A stretch of 64,000 bases of DNA from an uncultured Planctomycetaceae bacterium. GTDB lineage: Bacteria > Planctomycetota > Planctomycetia > Pirellulales > Thermoguttaceae. How positions within the stretch are numbered: the first letter of the stretch is position 1; each line of letters begins with the position of its first letter. Of the stretch, positions 36,344 through 47,174 are shown in pieces. The notes below the pieces were generated by a model, which was not told where the DNA came from, ran no database searches, and saw only the letters and a list, made by a program, of their open reading frames with translations. The position numbers and the translations under genes were made by a program. Location: contig CAWGNG010000031.1 of NCBI GenBank assembly GCA_963823895.1, positions 148,214 through 212,213 on the forward strand. Direction: 5' to 3'.

Positions 36344-37549
36344 GTGAAACTCTATGAATTTGAAGGCAAGCAACTCTTCGACCGTGCCGACATCGCCGTC
36401 CCCGCGGGAAAGGTCGTGAAAACGCCCGACGAGGCCGCCGGCTTGACGAAGCGATGGGGGCCGGTGATGGCCAAGGCCCAAGTCTTGCAGGGGCGACGCG
36501 GAAAGGAACGCGCCATCATCGCCTGCGACGACGAAACGCAACTGGCCAACGCCGTCCGTTCGCTCGTTGGCCGAAAACTCGGCGGCGAAACCGTCGAAAA
36601 GGTGCTGGTCGAACAGAAGCTCGATGTGGCCCAGGAAATCTTCGCCGCCGTGACCTATCTGCGCGCCTCGCCCGCCGTGATTCTCTCGGCCGGCGGCGGG
36701 GTCGACGTGGAAAAGGCCTGCCACGAGTCGCAGGAGGGCGTGCTGGTCGAGCCGGTGAACGTCCTCCGCGGGTTGCAGCCCGAGCAAGCGGCCGAATTGG
36801 TCCGCCGCGCCCGGCTCGATGCCGGCGTGGCCGACGTCCTGCTGAAACTCTACAAGGCCTTCATCGACTTCGACGCCACGCTGGCCGAGATCAATCCTCT
36901 GGTGCGAACCGGCGCGGGCCAGTGGGTTGCCGTCGATGCCAAGATCGAAATCGACGAAGACGCGATGTACCGCCAAACGAGTCTTCATCTGCCCGAACGC
37001 CTCAGTTCCGGCCGCACGCCGACGCGGCTGGAGCAGCTTGCCTTGGAGAACGACCGCACCGACACCCGCGGTTCGGCGGGCCGCATGTTCTACGAACTCG
37101 ACGGCGACATCGTCGTGCTGGCCTCCGGCGGCGGCACGAGCGTCGAGGCCCTCGACGATCTCTGCCTGTTGGGCGGCAAGCCCGCGATCTTCACCGAATA
37201 CAGCGGCAACCCCACGCCCGAAAAGGTCAAAGGGCTGACGAAGATCGCCCTGATGCACCCCGGCCCGATCCACGCCATCTGGGTCGTGGGCGGCCGGGCG
37301 AATTTCACCGACATTTACGAAACCCTGATCGGCGGCATCATGGGCGGCATCCGCGAAACCCCCAACTTCGACCGCACCATCCCCATTCTCATCCGCCGCG
37401 CTGGACCGCGCGACGAAGAGGCCTTCGCCACCCTGCACAAACTCGAAAGCCAGGAGGGCTATCGCATTTATCTCCGCGGCATGGCCACCTCCGTGGCCGA
37501 CTCCGCCCGCATGGTCATCCACCAAGCCAAGAAACACAGGGCCCGCTAA
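36344..37549 (+). CDS. ATP-citrate lyase small-subunit-like protein (SucC-type ATP-grasp plus citrate-binding-like domain)
   Basis: MKLYEFEGKQLF..., the SucC/ACL ATP-grasp start, and VLASGGGTSVEALDDLCLLGGKPAIFTEYSGNPTPEKV resemble the ACL beta/citryl-CoA synthetase pattern. The stop overlaps the next ATG (TAATG). Confidence 0.7.
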   Translation: MKLYEFEGKQLFDRADIAVPAGKVVKTPDEAAGLTKRWGPVMAKAQVLQGRRGKERAIIACDDETQLANAVRSLVGRKLGGETVEKVLVEQKLDVAQEIFAAVTYLRASPAVILSAGGGVDVEKACHESQEGVLVEPVNVLRGLQPEQAAELVRRARLDAGVADVLLKLYKAFIDFDATLAEINPLVRTGAGQWVAVDAKIEIDEDAMYRQTSLHLPERLSSGRTPTRLEQLALENDRTDTRGSAGRMFYELDGDIVVLASGGGTSVEALDDLCLLGGKPAIFTEYSGNPTPEKVKGLTKIALMHPGPIHAIWVVGGRANFTDIYETLIGGIMGGIRETPNFDRTIPILIRRAGPRDEEAFATLHKLESQEGYRIYLRGMATSVADSARMVIHQAKKHRAR

Positions 37550-39702
37550 TGAAAACGCTCATCGGCAAAGATACGCGCGTCGTCATCCAGGGCATCACGG
37601 GCAAACAGGGCCGGCGAGTGTCGATGGAGATGCTCGACTACGGCACGCACGTCGTCGCCGGCGTCACGCCCGGCAAGAGCGGGCTGGACGTTTACGGAGT
37701 GCCCGTTTACGACACCATCGCCGAGGCGATCGAGAAGCACCCCGAGATCAACACTAGCCTCGTCTCCGTTCCGCGCGAAGGGACCAAGGACGCCGCCATC
37801 GAAGCGATCGCCTCCGGCCAAATCAAGCTGGTGAACATCCTCACCGAGGGCCTGCCGCGGCAGGATGCGGCGCGGATCATCGAGGCAGCCCGGCAGCATG
37901 GCGTCCGCGTCGTCGGGCCGGCATCGGTCGGCATCATCAACCCGATCGAGCGGGTCAAGATCGGCGCGATCGGCGGTAACGATCCCGGCGTCTTTTATCC
38001 CGGCGAAATCGCCATCTTCTCGAAGAGCGGCGGCATGTGCCTGTCGATCGCCACCGAAGTCTTCAACGTGCTCGGCCACGGCGTGAGCATCGTCGTCGGC
38101 ATCGGCGGCGACCGCATCTCCGGCGTCGATTTCAAGGAACTGCTCGAACTGGTCCGCGACGACGAGCGCACGAAGCTGGTGATCCTCATGGGCGAGGTGG
38201 GCGGCGACTACGAAGAGCAGGCCGCCCGCTACATCCAGGAGACCAAGTACCCCAAGCCGGTCATCGCGCGGATCACCGGCATCGGCGCCCAGAACATTTT
38301 CCCCCGCGGCTCGCGGATGGGCCATGCCGGCGCGATCATCGGCGAGGGCGCCTTCGGCACTTACGAGAGCAAGGTCGCCGCCTTCGAGCAGGCCGGCGTC
38401 AAAGTCGCCAAAACCTCGGAAGAGCTCATCACCTTCGTTGATCGCGTCTTGCCGCAACGCCGCCAGGACTTCGAGGCGTCGACGTCGAAGGAATTCGAGC
38501 TGGTGAGCATCTCGAAGGAGAAGCTCGAAAACCTGAAGGCCCAAGTCCGCGCCGTGCAGATTCGCACGCACTTGACGCAGATCGTCGATGGAATGCCCTA
38601 TTTCCGCGGCCGTCCGCTGCCGGGCTTGATGCGGCAGGCATCGATACCGCGGATGATCTACGAGGCGATCACGAAAGAGGACGACGGCCAGCAGCAGGCC
38701 GACCAGTTGGCCCGCGATTTGGTGCTCTGTGCCACCACGAATCCGACCGACGGGCCGGCGCGGGCGGCGGCCAGGGCTTCGTTCGCCGGCGGCTCGCCGA
38801 TGAACGCCGCGGTTGCCGCCGGATTGCTGACGATCGCCGCCTCGGGCAACAAGGCCCTGCCCGCCCGGCTGCACGACCGCTACGCCCCGCAGGAGGCCGA
38901 CGCCCTGGCGCTGGTGCCGCAGGTGATCGACCTGGCGGCCGCCATCCTCGGCAACGAGTTGCAATGGAGCGAAGGCGAGACGATCGAGTCGATCATCTTC
39001 CGCGCCATCGCCGGCCGCACCCCGTCGCCGGCCGAGGCCAACCTACTGCGGGCGATCTTCGTCTCCTGCGTCGATCATACCCCCGCCACGCCGTCATCGC
39101 TGGCCGCGGTGACCTCCTATTCCGGCGGTAACATGCTAAAGACCTCGTTGGCCGCCGGCATCACCGCAATGGGCGAGTCGCACGCCGGCGCCGGCGAAGG
39201 CACGGCCCGCATCCTGGTCGAGTATAGCGAAAAGCTGCGCAACGCGGGCGGATCGTTCGAGGCCAACGGCGTTCGCGTCGATGACGTGCAGGACCTGGCG
39301 GCCTACATCATCAACAAGGTGACCGGCGGCTACGGCGGCGAGAAGGGCCGCATCCCCGGCTACGGCCACCGCCTCTACGGCCTCTACGGCCGCGATCCCC
39401 GCGCCATGGCCCTGTTGAGCATCGCCAAGGACTTGGGCCTGGCCGGCGAGTATTGCACGCTGGCCATCGAGATCGAAACGATTCTCAAGAAGAAAAAGGC
39501 CCTCGGACTCTGTTTCAACGTCGATGGCGTGATCGGCGCGTTGTTGTGCGACATGAGGCTCCGCCCCGAGACCGGCAAAGCCTTCTTCATCATTCCCCGC
39601 ACCGTCGGCCTGTTGGGCCAAATGCTCGAGCAAGACCCCGGCTCGTTCTTCCGCCTGGCGAACGATTCGGTAATCTACATCGGGCCCGAGCCGCGGAGTT
39701 AG
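37549..39702 (+). CDS. ATP-citrate lyase large-subunit-like protein (SucD-type CoA-ligase domain fused to citrate-synthase-like domain)
   Basis: VVIQGITGKQG (CoA-binding), SKSGGM, phosphohistidine loop SRMGHAGAI. C-terminal citrate-synthase-family motifs are VDHTPATPSS, PGYGHRLYG and NVDGVIGAL. The first 365 aa of track ORF 36454-39702 are out-of-frame overlap with the previous gene. Confidence 0.7.
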   Translation: MKTLIGKDTRVVIQGITGKQGRRVSMEMLDYGTHVVAGVTPGKSGLDVYGVPVYDTIAEAIEKHPEINTSLVSVPREGTKDAAIEAIASGQIKLVNILTEGLPRQDAARIIEAARQHGVRVVGPASVGIINPIERVKIGAIGGNDPGVFYPGEIAIFSKSGGMCLSIATEVFNVLGHGVSIVVGIGGDRISGVDFKELLELVRDDERTKLVILMGEVGGDYEEQAARYIQETKYPKPVIARITGIGAQNIFPRGSRMGHAGAIIGEGAFGTYESKVAAFEQAGVKVAKTSEELITFVDRVLPQRRQDFEASTSKEFELVSISKEKLENLKAQVRAVQIRTHLTQIVDGMPYFRGRPLPGLMRQASIPRMIYEAITKEDDGQQQADQLARDLVLCATTNPTDGPARAAARASFAGGSPMNAAVAAGLLTIAASGNKALPARLHDRYAPQEADALALVPQVIDLAAAILGNELQWSEGETIESIIFRAIAGRTPSPAEANLLRAIFVSCVDHTPATPSSLAAVTSYSGGNMLKTSLAAGITAMGESHAGAGEGTARILVEYSEKLRNAGGSFEANGVRVDDVQDLAAYIINKVTGGYGGEKGRIPGYGHRLYGLYGRDPRAMALLSIAKDLGLAGEYCTLAIEIETILKKKKALGLCFNVDGVIGALLCDMRLRPETGKAFFIIPRTVGLLGQMLEQDPGSFFRLANDSVIYIGPEPRS

Positions 39703-39713
39703 TCGGCAAGAAC

Positions 39714-39764
39714 GTCGCCTTTCGCTCCGCGAAAGAACGCGGCTTTCGCGGAGCGAAAGGCGAC
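39714..39764. repeat. Perfect long hairpin, family E
   Basis: GTCGCCTTTCGCTCCGCGAAAG aacgcgg CTTTCGCGGAGCGAAAGGCGAC, 12 nt after stop 39702. A terminator-like position, but no T tract. Confidence 0.75.
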
Positions 39765-40434
39765 AGTTGTATCCTCGCCAATCCCAAGCCACTCTCGTTC
39801 GCACGGTCCGCGTGGGAACGCCGGAGCAGGTTTTGCACCATTGCGAATTCTGCACCATGCTTTTCATGCGAGGCTCTCTCGCATCCGTGCCGGTGCAGGC
39901 AAGTCTTTGATTCTTCATAAGTTACGGCGACAGCAACGAACCACCCTCTGGTAGCGGTTGCTGGAGCGTGGTGCAAAACCATCCTTTACACGACCCGACT
40001 GAGAAGATTGGGGGATCGGGGAAATTCTCGGTAATACATTCTCCTTTCTTCCCGCGGCCCTCTTCCCTAGATAATGTACATATATCTATCATACTCTACC
40101 AGATCGCCTGGCTCAATTTCTAGTGGAAAACGGTGTTCTCGGGCAACCGCCGCTGCTTGTCATGCCATGGGGGCGGGGGTACGATGTTTCCGCTGGCTCA
40201 TCAGTGGCCAGAGCAGCAGAAGGATAATCGAAAAAGTCTGGGCACAAAACCAAGATGATCGGCGTTGTGTGCCGGAGTAGTCGCGGGTAGACGGCCGATC
40301 CACGTCGAACCGTTCGGCCGGCTGTCGCGGAACCGCCTACGACGAGAGGGCTTCCATCTACGCACTACGATTAGCTAGAATATGAGGCGCACACGGCGGG
40401 GATCGCACGGCGCTGCTAACGAGGAGCGAAAGCG

Positions 40435-43310
40435 ATGATGGCAAAGACGTACGAGCAAGGCAAAGACGAAGTTGTCAAGCTGTGCCAGCATTTCACAACC
40501 AACCGTGAAGCATTCTTCGCCCCTGGCATCAAGGAAGCCCATATTCGTCAAATGCTCATCGACCCCTTCTTTGAGGCGTTGGGCTGGGACGTGCGAAGTG
40601 CGGCAATGGTCGCTCCTCAATACCGGGAGGTCATTCCCGAGGACAGCCTTGACGTGGAAGGCCAGCAGAAGGCCCCGGATTACACCTTTCGCGTTGGAAC
40701 CTTGCCCAAGTTCTATGCCGAAGCCAAGAAGTGCGGCGTCAATATCGGTACGGACCCAGCGCCAGCGTACCAGCTTCGCCGCTACGGATGGAGTGCCAAG
40801 CTTGCCCTATCCATTCTGACAGACTTTGAGGAATTGGCCGTATACGACTGCACGATTCGCCCCAAGCAAAGCGACAAGGCCAGCCATGCAAGGGTTTTGC
40901 GCTTCGGCTACCAGGAATACCCCGACCGCTGGCAGGAATTGTGGAGCCTTTTTTCCCGTGAAGCCGTCTGGTCCGGGGCGTTTGACCAGTATGCCGCGTC
41001 CAAGCGCAAGCGCGGCACGTCGGAAGTGGACGCCGAGTTTCTGAAGGAAATCGAGGGCTGGCGGGATGCCCTGGCCCGGAACATCGCCCTTCGCAACAAG
41101 AGTATTTCCTCCGACAACCTGAATGCCGCCGTGCAATCGACGATTGATCGAGTGGTATTCCTTCGCATGGCGGAAGATCGGCGGCTTGAACCTTCCGAGC
41201 AACTTCTGAAGCTGTGCGAGCAAGACGACATTTACTCCCGGTTCATGCGCGACCTGTGCCGCAAGGCCGATGACAAGTACAACTCTGGCCTTTTTCACTT
41301 CCACAAGGAAGACGACACCGACGAAGACCCCGACCGCATCACGCCTAAGTTGACGGTTGACGACAAGGTCTTCAAGCCGATCCTGCAAGGCCTGTACTTC
41401 GCCCACGGTTCGCCCTATCAATTCGACCTCTTGCGTGTTGACATTCTTGGAACCATCTATGAGCGGTTCTTGGGGAAGGTGATCCGCCTGACCGCCGGCC
41501 ACCAGGCCAAGGTCGAGGAGAAGCCCGAAGTCCGCAAGGCTGGCGGCGTCTATTACACCCGAGAATACATCGTCGATTACGTCGTCAAGTACACCGTTGC
41601 TTGGCAAATCGATGGCAAGAGCCCCGCTCAACTGGCCGGCGGCAGGGGCATGCCGCCTTTTCGCGTGCTGGACATGGCTTGCGGAAGCGGGTCATTCCTA
41701 TTGGGTGCTTACCAGCAACTTCTTGAGCATTGTCTGAAATGGTACCTCGAACACAACCCGGAGAAATACAAGAAGGCCGTCTACCAAGACTCCCGCGACG
41801 GGCATTGGCGACTGACGATCGGCGAAAAGAAGCGTATTTTGACCACACATATCTTCGGCGTGGACATCGACGCCCAAGCCGTGGAAGTGACCAAGCTGTC
41901 GTTAGTGCTGAAGGTATTGGAGGGCGAAACGGACCAAAGTGTAAGTCAGCAACAGCGTCTTTTCCACGATCGCGCCTTGCCGAACCTTTCCGACAACATC
42001 AAGTGCGGCAACTCCCTGATCGGTTCGGACTACTTCGTCGGCAAACTAATTCCCGACCCCGAGGAAATGAGGCGCGTCAACCCCTTCGACTGGAAAGCGG
42101 CATTTCCCGACGCCATGAAGGCAGGCGGCTTCGATTGCGTTATCGGCAACCCGCCGTGGGTTTCGCTCACCGGGCGATTTGGCAATGAAATCTGCCCCGA
42201 GGAGGAGATGCAATACCTCATTAACGCTTACCACGGGAACACGTATATGCCGAACATGTACGAGTATTTCGTATCGAAAGCGACAACTCTTGTGAAGGAT
42301 GGAGGGCGTTTGGGGTACATTGTACCGGATCGTCTCGGTTTCAATCGGCAATTCGTTTCCCTGCGACAACGCATCCTTGAATCCTTCCGAGTCATTTCCC
42401 TTGTCTATAAGATGCCATTTCCAAACGTGACTGCCGACACACTAGTTTTCGTGTTAGAACGAGGGCCGTGCCCCGAGAGTCACGAGATAGTTGTATCTGA
42501 GTACCGGCTGAGCGCATTTCAGATTCGACAAAAAGAGTTCGTGGATTCCGAAGGACACGAATGGGTGTTCTTCGGTGACTCATCGCAAATGGAATTTGTG
42601 AGACGCATTGGCTCTGTGCCATCACTGGTTTCTCTTTCGGATGTGTGCAAAACTACCTCTGGATATGGCGGCAAATCGGAATTGATAACCGAGAGCCAAC
42701 AGAATACCAGGCAGATACCTACCATGAAGGGGGATAGCATTCTTCGCTACTCCTTGCGGAGACAATACTGGTTTGAATTTGAGCGTGAGAACATAACTGG
42801 CCGAACCACAAACAGGAACAAGCTGGGCATCGGCCTAAGGTTCTTCTTCGGAAGACTGGGGACTCGATAATAGCCACGTACGATGATAGTGGCGTATTCC
42901 CGGAGCAATCCCTGTACTTTCTCTTTGACTTTGATAGGGGTCTCTCGCCGCTTTACGTTCTCGGCGTGGTCAACTCCAAATTCATGAACTGATACTACAA
43001 GACGACTCGTTTAACAAACAAAGATAGCATTGCACAGGTGAAGAAAGAGCGTCTTGACCAGCTTCCGATGAGAGCAATCGACTTTGCGAACGAGGCGGAC
43101 AAGGCCGCCTATGACCAAATAGTCAGTCTGGTCGATTCCATGCTGGCGCTACACAAACGGCTTGCCGCCGCGAAGTCGGAAGCGCAGAAGACCGTTATCC
43201 AACGTCAGATTGACGCGACGGACGCGGAGATTGACCGGCTGGTGTATGACCTGTACGGGTTGACTGCGGACGAAGTCGCTATCGTCGAACGTCAAAACGA
43301 GCGCAGGTAG
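40435..43310 (+). pseudogene. Type IIG (Eco57I/MmeI-like) restriction-modification enzyme, inactivated
   Basis: N-terminal PD-(D/E)XK-like APDYTF...FYAEAKK, gamma-class N6-adenine MTase motifs VLDMACGSGSFL and GNPPW, then a C-terminal target-recognition region. Frameshift near 42830, then an in-frame TGA at 42990-42992 (FMN*YY, expected W). Homology continues to 43310. AT-richer than the flanks. Confidence 0.75.
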
Positions 43311-43542
43311 CGGAGTTGTTTCTCTGCGACAGGCGCTTTCGCATGAACGCGCAGAATTTGAACGAATCCTCGGCACACCGGTCGTAGCGGTCTTCGGCAA
43401 GTGCCGCCCGGCTTGGCTGTGTTGCGCAGCCTGCCGGGCTTTCGCAGTCGGTATTTGTGTTTCTTCTCGCGAAGCGTGTTCGACTCGGCGCGAGTTTGCC
43501 GATATTAGAGGATAGGAACATAAGACCTTCGAGGAGACTCCC

Positions 43543-44106
43543 ATGCGCCACGCTCTGCGACCAATTGCTCTGTTCGCCTTGGCCGGCGTTTTGTCGGCTT
43601 CGGGTTGCGCCACTCACACCCAAACAGGGGCCGCGGTTGGCGGGCTGGCCGGCGCCGGTGCGGGCGCCGTGGTCGGCCATGCGATGGGCAATACGGCGGC
43701 GGGCGCGGCCATCGGCGCAGGCGTCGGCGCGCTGACCGGCGCGGCTATCGGCAATAGCCAGGATCAGGCCGAGGCGAGAAATCGCGCGATCATCGAACAG
43801 CAGATCGGCCGCCAATTGGCGGGGGCCGTGCGCGTCGACGACGTGATCGCCATGACCCGGGCCGGCGTCGCGCCCGAGTTGATTATGAATCACGTGCGCG
43901 CCCACGGAATGGCGGCGCCTCTACAGGCGAACGACCTGATCGTGTTGCAGCAGCAAGGGGTCGACTCGCGCGTAATCGCCACGATGCAGACCACGCCGGT
44001 GGCAGGACAGCCGGTCATCGTCGAGCAGCCTCCGCCGCCGGTGATTGTCGAAGGCTACTACGACCGGCCGTACTACTACCATCCGCACCACTATTATTAT
44101 TGGTAG
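43543..44106 (+). CDS. Lipoprotein with glycine-zipper domain
   Basis: Lipobox LSASGC, glycine-zipper GGLAGAGAGAVVGHAMGNTAAGAAIGAGVGALTGAAIG, and a Tyr/His-rich tail YYYHPHHYYYW. Confidence 0.7.
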   Translation: MRHALRPIALFALAGVLSASGCATHTQTGAAVGGLAGAGAGAVVGHAMGNTAAGAAIGAGVGALTGAAIGNSQDQAEARNRAIIEQQIGRQLAGAVRVDDVIAMTRAGVAPELIMNHVRAHGMAAPLQANDLIVLQQQGVDSRVIATMQTTPVAGQPVIVEQPPPPVIVEGYYDRPYYYHPHHYYYW

Positions 44107-44366
44107 CAGTTATCGCGGCGTTTCTTCGTCCAATATGGCCTGAAGTCCTCGGGCCGTGCTCGGCAAGCCCCCGCGCCGGAGGCCCGTGTAACCTTTTCCC
44201 CGCTCGCCGTGTATACATCGGTGGTATCCGACCATTACAATGTCCTGTAGCAGCGAGGTGGACCATGCGAGCGTATTTTGCACTGGCGGCGGCGGCGGTT
44301 TTGCAACCGTCAATAAATCGCCAGCCGTATAGGGCATGGTGAGCTTTCTATGACTATCTCCTACCT

Positions 44367-45343
44367 TCACTTGTCGTAGGGGGGCGTCAGGGGGGAGCGG
44401 CCTTCATTCTCGATTTCCAGGGCAGGGAGTTGCGACTGGAGTTCGCGAATGGCTTCCTTGGCGATTTTTGTCTGATCCAAACGGAGAGATCTCAGGTTCC
44501 GCAGAGTACGAAGGTGTCGCAGACCGGCGTCGGTAATGCGAGTGTCAAAGAGATCCAGTTGTGCCAGGCCAGGATGTCCGCTTAAGTTCGCCAGACCGGC
44601 GTCCGTGATTAGCGTACCGCCAAGGTTCAAATCCTCAAGCGTCGGAATGTCCTTCAGGTAGGCCAAGCCGGCATCAGTAACGCGGCTGCCCACAACGTTT
44701 AGGCGTTTGAGGTGCTTGAATTTCCTCAGGTCCGAGAGATCGTTGTCGCCGAGGGATCGAATTAGAGGATCAGAAGCCGTCCAAACATCCGTGACATTTT
44801 CGTGCTCGTCAAAATGGACGCTGGCCCCACGCTTGTACCATTCGTTTGCGATTTCCTTCTCGTGCGAAGTTGGCCAGCCGCCGGAAGGACGGGCGCATCG
44901 ATAATGCCAGCCTTTCGTCGGAAATAGGATCGCAGCACCGCGTTCGGTCCTTCGCCAAACTGCACACTGCCCCAGCCGGCATGGATGACGTCGAATTTTG
45001 CGTTGTCAGAGGCCAAGGATTGCTTCCGTAACTCTTCGGGATCGGCTTGGAAATCGATGAAGATCCGCTTTTGGAACTGTTCGAATGTGCCGCCAACATG
45101 TCCCAAATATCCCCTGCCCGACTCGAAGTTCTCGCGCAATGCTTCCCAGTTCGGTGGCCAGTGACCGTCGTGGGTCTCCATATACTCGATGACCATATCG
45201 GCCGCGCCCCATTGGGCGTAGCCATCGTTGAAGTCGAAAGAAAGAAAGCTGCTTCCGACCCAGATCACCGCGATCACAAGCAGAACCAGTGCGGTCACAA
45301 ACAGAACTAGAAAGCCCCGCAAAATCTTCCGAGAAAGGTGCAT
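44367..45343 (-). CDS. Membrane-anchored leucine-rich-repeat protein (frameshifted near 44920)
   Basis: N-terminal TM FLVLFVTALVLLVIAVIWV (ORF 44762-45343). After ...NAVLRSYF the coding signal continues in another frame: PTKGWHYRCARPSGGWPTSHEKEIANEWYKRG...LSDLRKFKHLKRLNVVGSRVTDAGLAYLKD..., into the LRR ORF 44367-44693. Confidence 0.55.
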
Positions 45344-45408
45344 TTGGGCGGCTCAGGCTGAAGATCAGTCAACGCCAGATTGTATCGTTTCTGCCCACAT
45401 CCGTCAAT

Positions 45409-47100
45409 TTACGAGGCAACGGCAACGCGGCGGGCGGCCCGTTTCTGGCGGCGACGGGCCTGGGCTTCACGAGATTCTTCTTCCCGCTGCTCAAGCCGCT
45501 GCTCGGGGTGGGCAGCAACCCAGCGATCCGGCAACAGGGCTTCCAGGGCAGCCGTGTCGCCGGGGGGAATGGCTGCAATGCGGCGCAGTACGTCTGTAAG
45601 ATACGGCCACACGTCCACATGGTTTCTCCTGGCGCTCTGCACCAGCGTGTAAAGTGTCGCCGCAGTCTTCCCGCCCTTCTCGCTTCCAAAAAAGAGGTAA
45701 TTTTTCCTGCCGATAGCGATGGGCCGCAGAAGCCGCTCGATCGTGTTGTTGTCTATCGGGATTCTCCCGTCGCTGGTATACCGGGTGAAGGCATTCCAGC
45801 GGTTCAACACGTAATCGATTGCCTCGGCCAGCTTGGCTGTGGGGCGCAACGTCGGCCGCACCTCATCGAATCGGGCTTTCATTCTCGCCAGGATCGGCAA
45901 CGCTTCTACCTGTCGCAATTCCCGGCGGTCGTCCGCCGACATGTCGTGGGCACGGTCCTCGATGTCATAAAGCTGCTGCGTCCAGATCATGGCCTCGTGG
46001 ACCAACGGGTGGCTGGTCGCCGGGATCGCTTCCTCGAAGCCCCGCCGACCGTGAGCCCAGCACGCGACATCCACCAAACGGCCTTCCGAATGGCGAACCA
46101 GCGAGGTGTAGACCACGTAGCCATCAGTCTGCAAGTAACCCCGGTAGTCTCCCAGCACCTCTTGTGGCCCGTCTCGGCTGCGGCTGGGGCGGAAATCATA
46201 GAACACGTAGCGATGATCGGCGTCACCAGCGAACCCATTGAGGTAGCCGGTAATCGCCTTGCCGTGCCCAGGTTTGAGCATCTTCACCTCCGTCTCATCG
46301 GCGTTGATGACGATGCTGGCAAGCACCTGCTGACGAATCAGCCGTTCCAGGGGCCGGAGGGCCTGGGCCGTCCGGCTCAGCAGCCCGCACAGCAGTGCCC
46401 GCGACAGCCACCGCTTCAGCGGACCAAGGAGCAGTTCCTGCTGCCGATAGACTGGCAAATGGTGCAAGAACTTCCACGTCACCAGCCACGCCAGGACGCT
46501 CGGCCCGAAGGGGCTCTTCTCCACGGCCTGTGGCGGCCTCTGTGTGGTGACCATCTGCGAGCCATCGTGGCAATGGGAGCAACCGTAGGTGTACCGCACC
46601 TCCTCGACCACATACAGCTTCGCCTCTTCCATCTCCAAACGCTTCGTGATGTGGGTGCGGGTGATAACCCGTTGTTGACCACAGCAGCCGCAAGGCAATT
46701 CAGCGTCAGGAAGCGGATACTCAGTCCGCCGGTGTTCCCAGAATTGCGGGAACGTAATTCTCGGTCGTCGTGGCTTTCGCCGGGTTCGAAGCGGTGGCAA
46801 GTCCGCGTTGGCTTCCCCAGAGTTCTGCCGCTGAGCCTCCAGCCCCGCCACGGCTTCAGGAACGAAAAGCAACTTCTGATCGGGCGAAGGGGCGTACCGT
46901 TCGCGTCGTTGGCCGAACATCGCCCGCTTGAAGAACCGCAGTTGCTCGGCAGCCTTCGCCAGTTGCTCCTGATAGCTGGCAATCAGTTCTTGTTGTTGCG
47001 AGATGACGGCCTGCCGTTCGGCATCCCTCTGTTTCAGCTCACGGATCCGCTGCTGGCAGGCGGCCAGTTGATCGGCGAGAGATGGACCTTCGTACTCCAT
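45409..47100 (-). CDS. IS66 family transposase TnpC
   Basis: 563 aa. N-terminal coiled coil, zinc-finger CGCCG...C..C, LHHLPVYRQ, ADETEVKML and YLQTDGY are typical IS66 DDE transposase motifs. Confidence 0.9.
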   Translation of the reverse strand: MEYEGPSLADQLAACQQRIRELKQRDAERQAVISQQQELIASYQEQLAKAAEQLRFFKRAMFGQRRERYAPSPDQKLLFVPEAVAGLEAQRQNSGEANADLPPLRTRRKPRRPRITFPQFWEHRRTEYPLPDAELPCGCCGQQRVITRTHITKRLEMEEAKLYVVEEVRYTYGCSHCHDGSQMVTTQRPPQAVEKSPFGPSVLAWLVTWKFLHHLPVYRQQELLLGPLKRWLSRALLCGLLSRTAQALRPLERLIRQQVLASIVINADETEVKMLKPGHGKAITGYLNGFAGDADHRYVFYDFRPSRSRDGPQEVLGDYRGYLQTDGYVVYTSLVRHSEGRLVDVACWAHGRRGFEEAIPATSHPLVHEAMIWTQQLYDIEDRAHDMSADDRRELRQVEALPILARMKARFDEVRPTLRPTAKLAEAIDYVLNRWNAFTRYTSDGRIPIDNNTIERLLRPIAIGRKNYLFFGSEKGGKTAATLYTLVQSARRNHVDVWPYLTDVLRRIAAIPPGDTAALEALLPDRWVAAHPEQRLEQREEESREAQARRRQKRAARRVAVAS

Positions 47101-47174
47101 GCCTTGTTAAACGCTTGCCGCCGTGATTTGGTTCTGCTGTCACAGAGATTTCTTTCAGAACGGCAGGACTGACA

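Noticed and set aside
36454-37548. N-terminal 365 aa of the 1082-aa ORF 36454-39702
   Set aside because: Out-of-frame overlap with the upstream ACL small-subunit gene (Arg/Pro-rich nonsense). The true start is the ATG at 37549, overlapping the upstream stop.
35663-38964. Minus-strand ORFs of 624 aa and 472 aa opposite the ACL-like genes
   Set aside because: Shadow ORFs. The plus-strand products have clear SucC/SucD/citrate-synthase motifs.
45344-45408. Attempt to define the IS66 terminal inverted repeats and 8-bp target duplication
   Set aside because: Only weak matches between the two ends (shared GCTGA/CTGATC segments). This cannot be fixed without other copies, so the element borders are left approximate.
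45289-47172. 627-aa plus-strand ORF across IS66
   Set aside because: Antisense to tnpC, which has unmistakable IS66 motifs.
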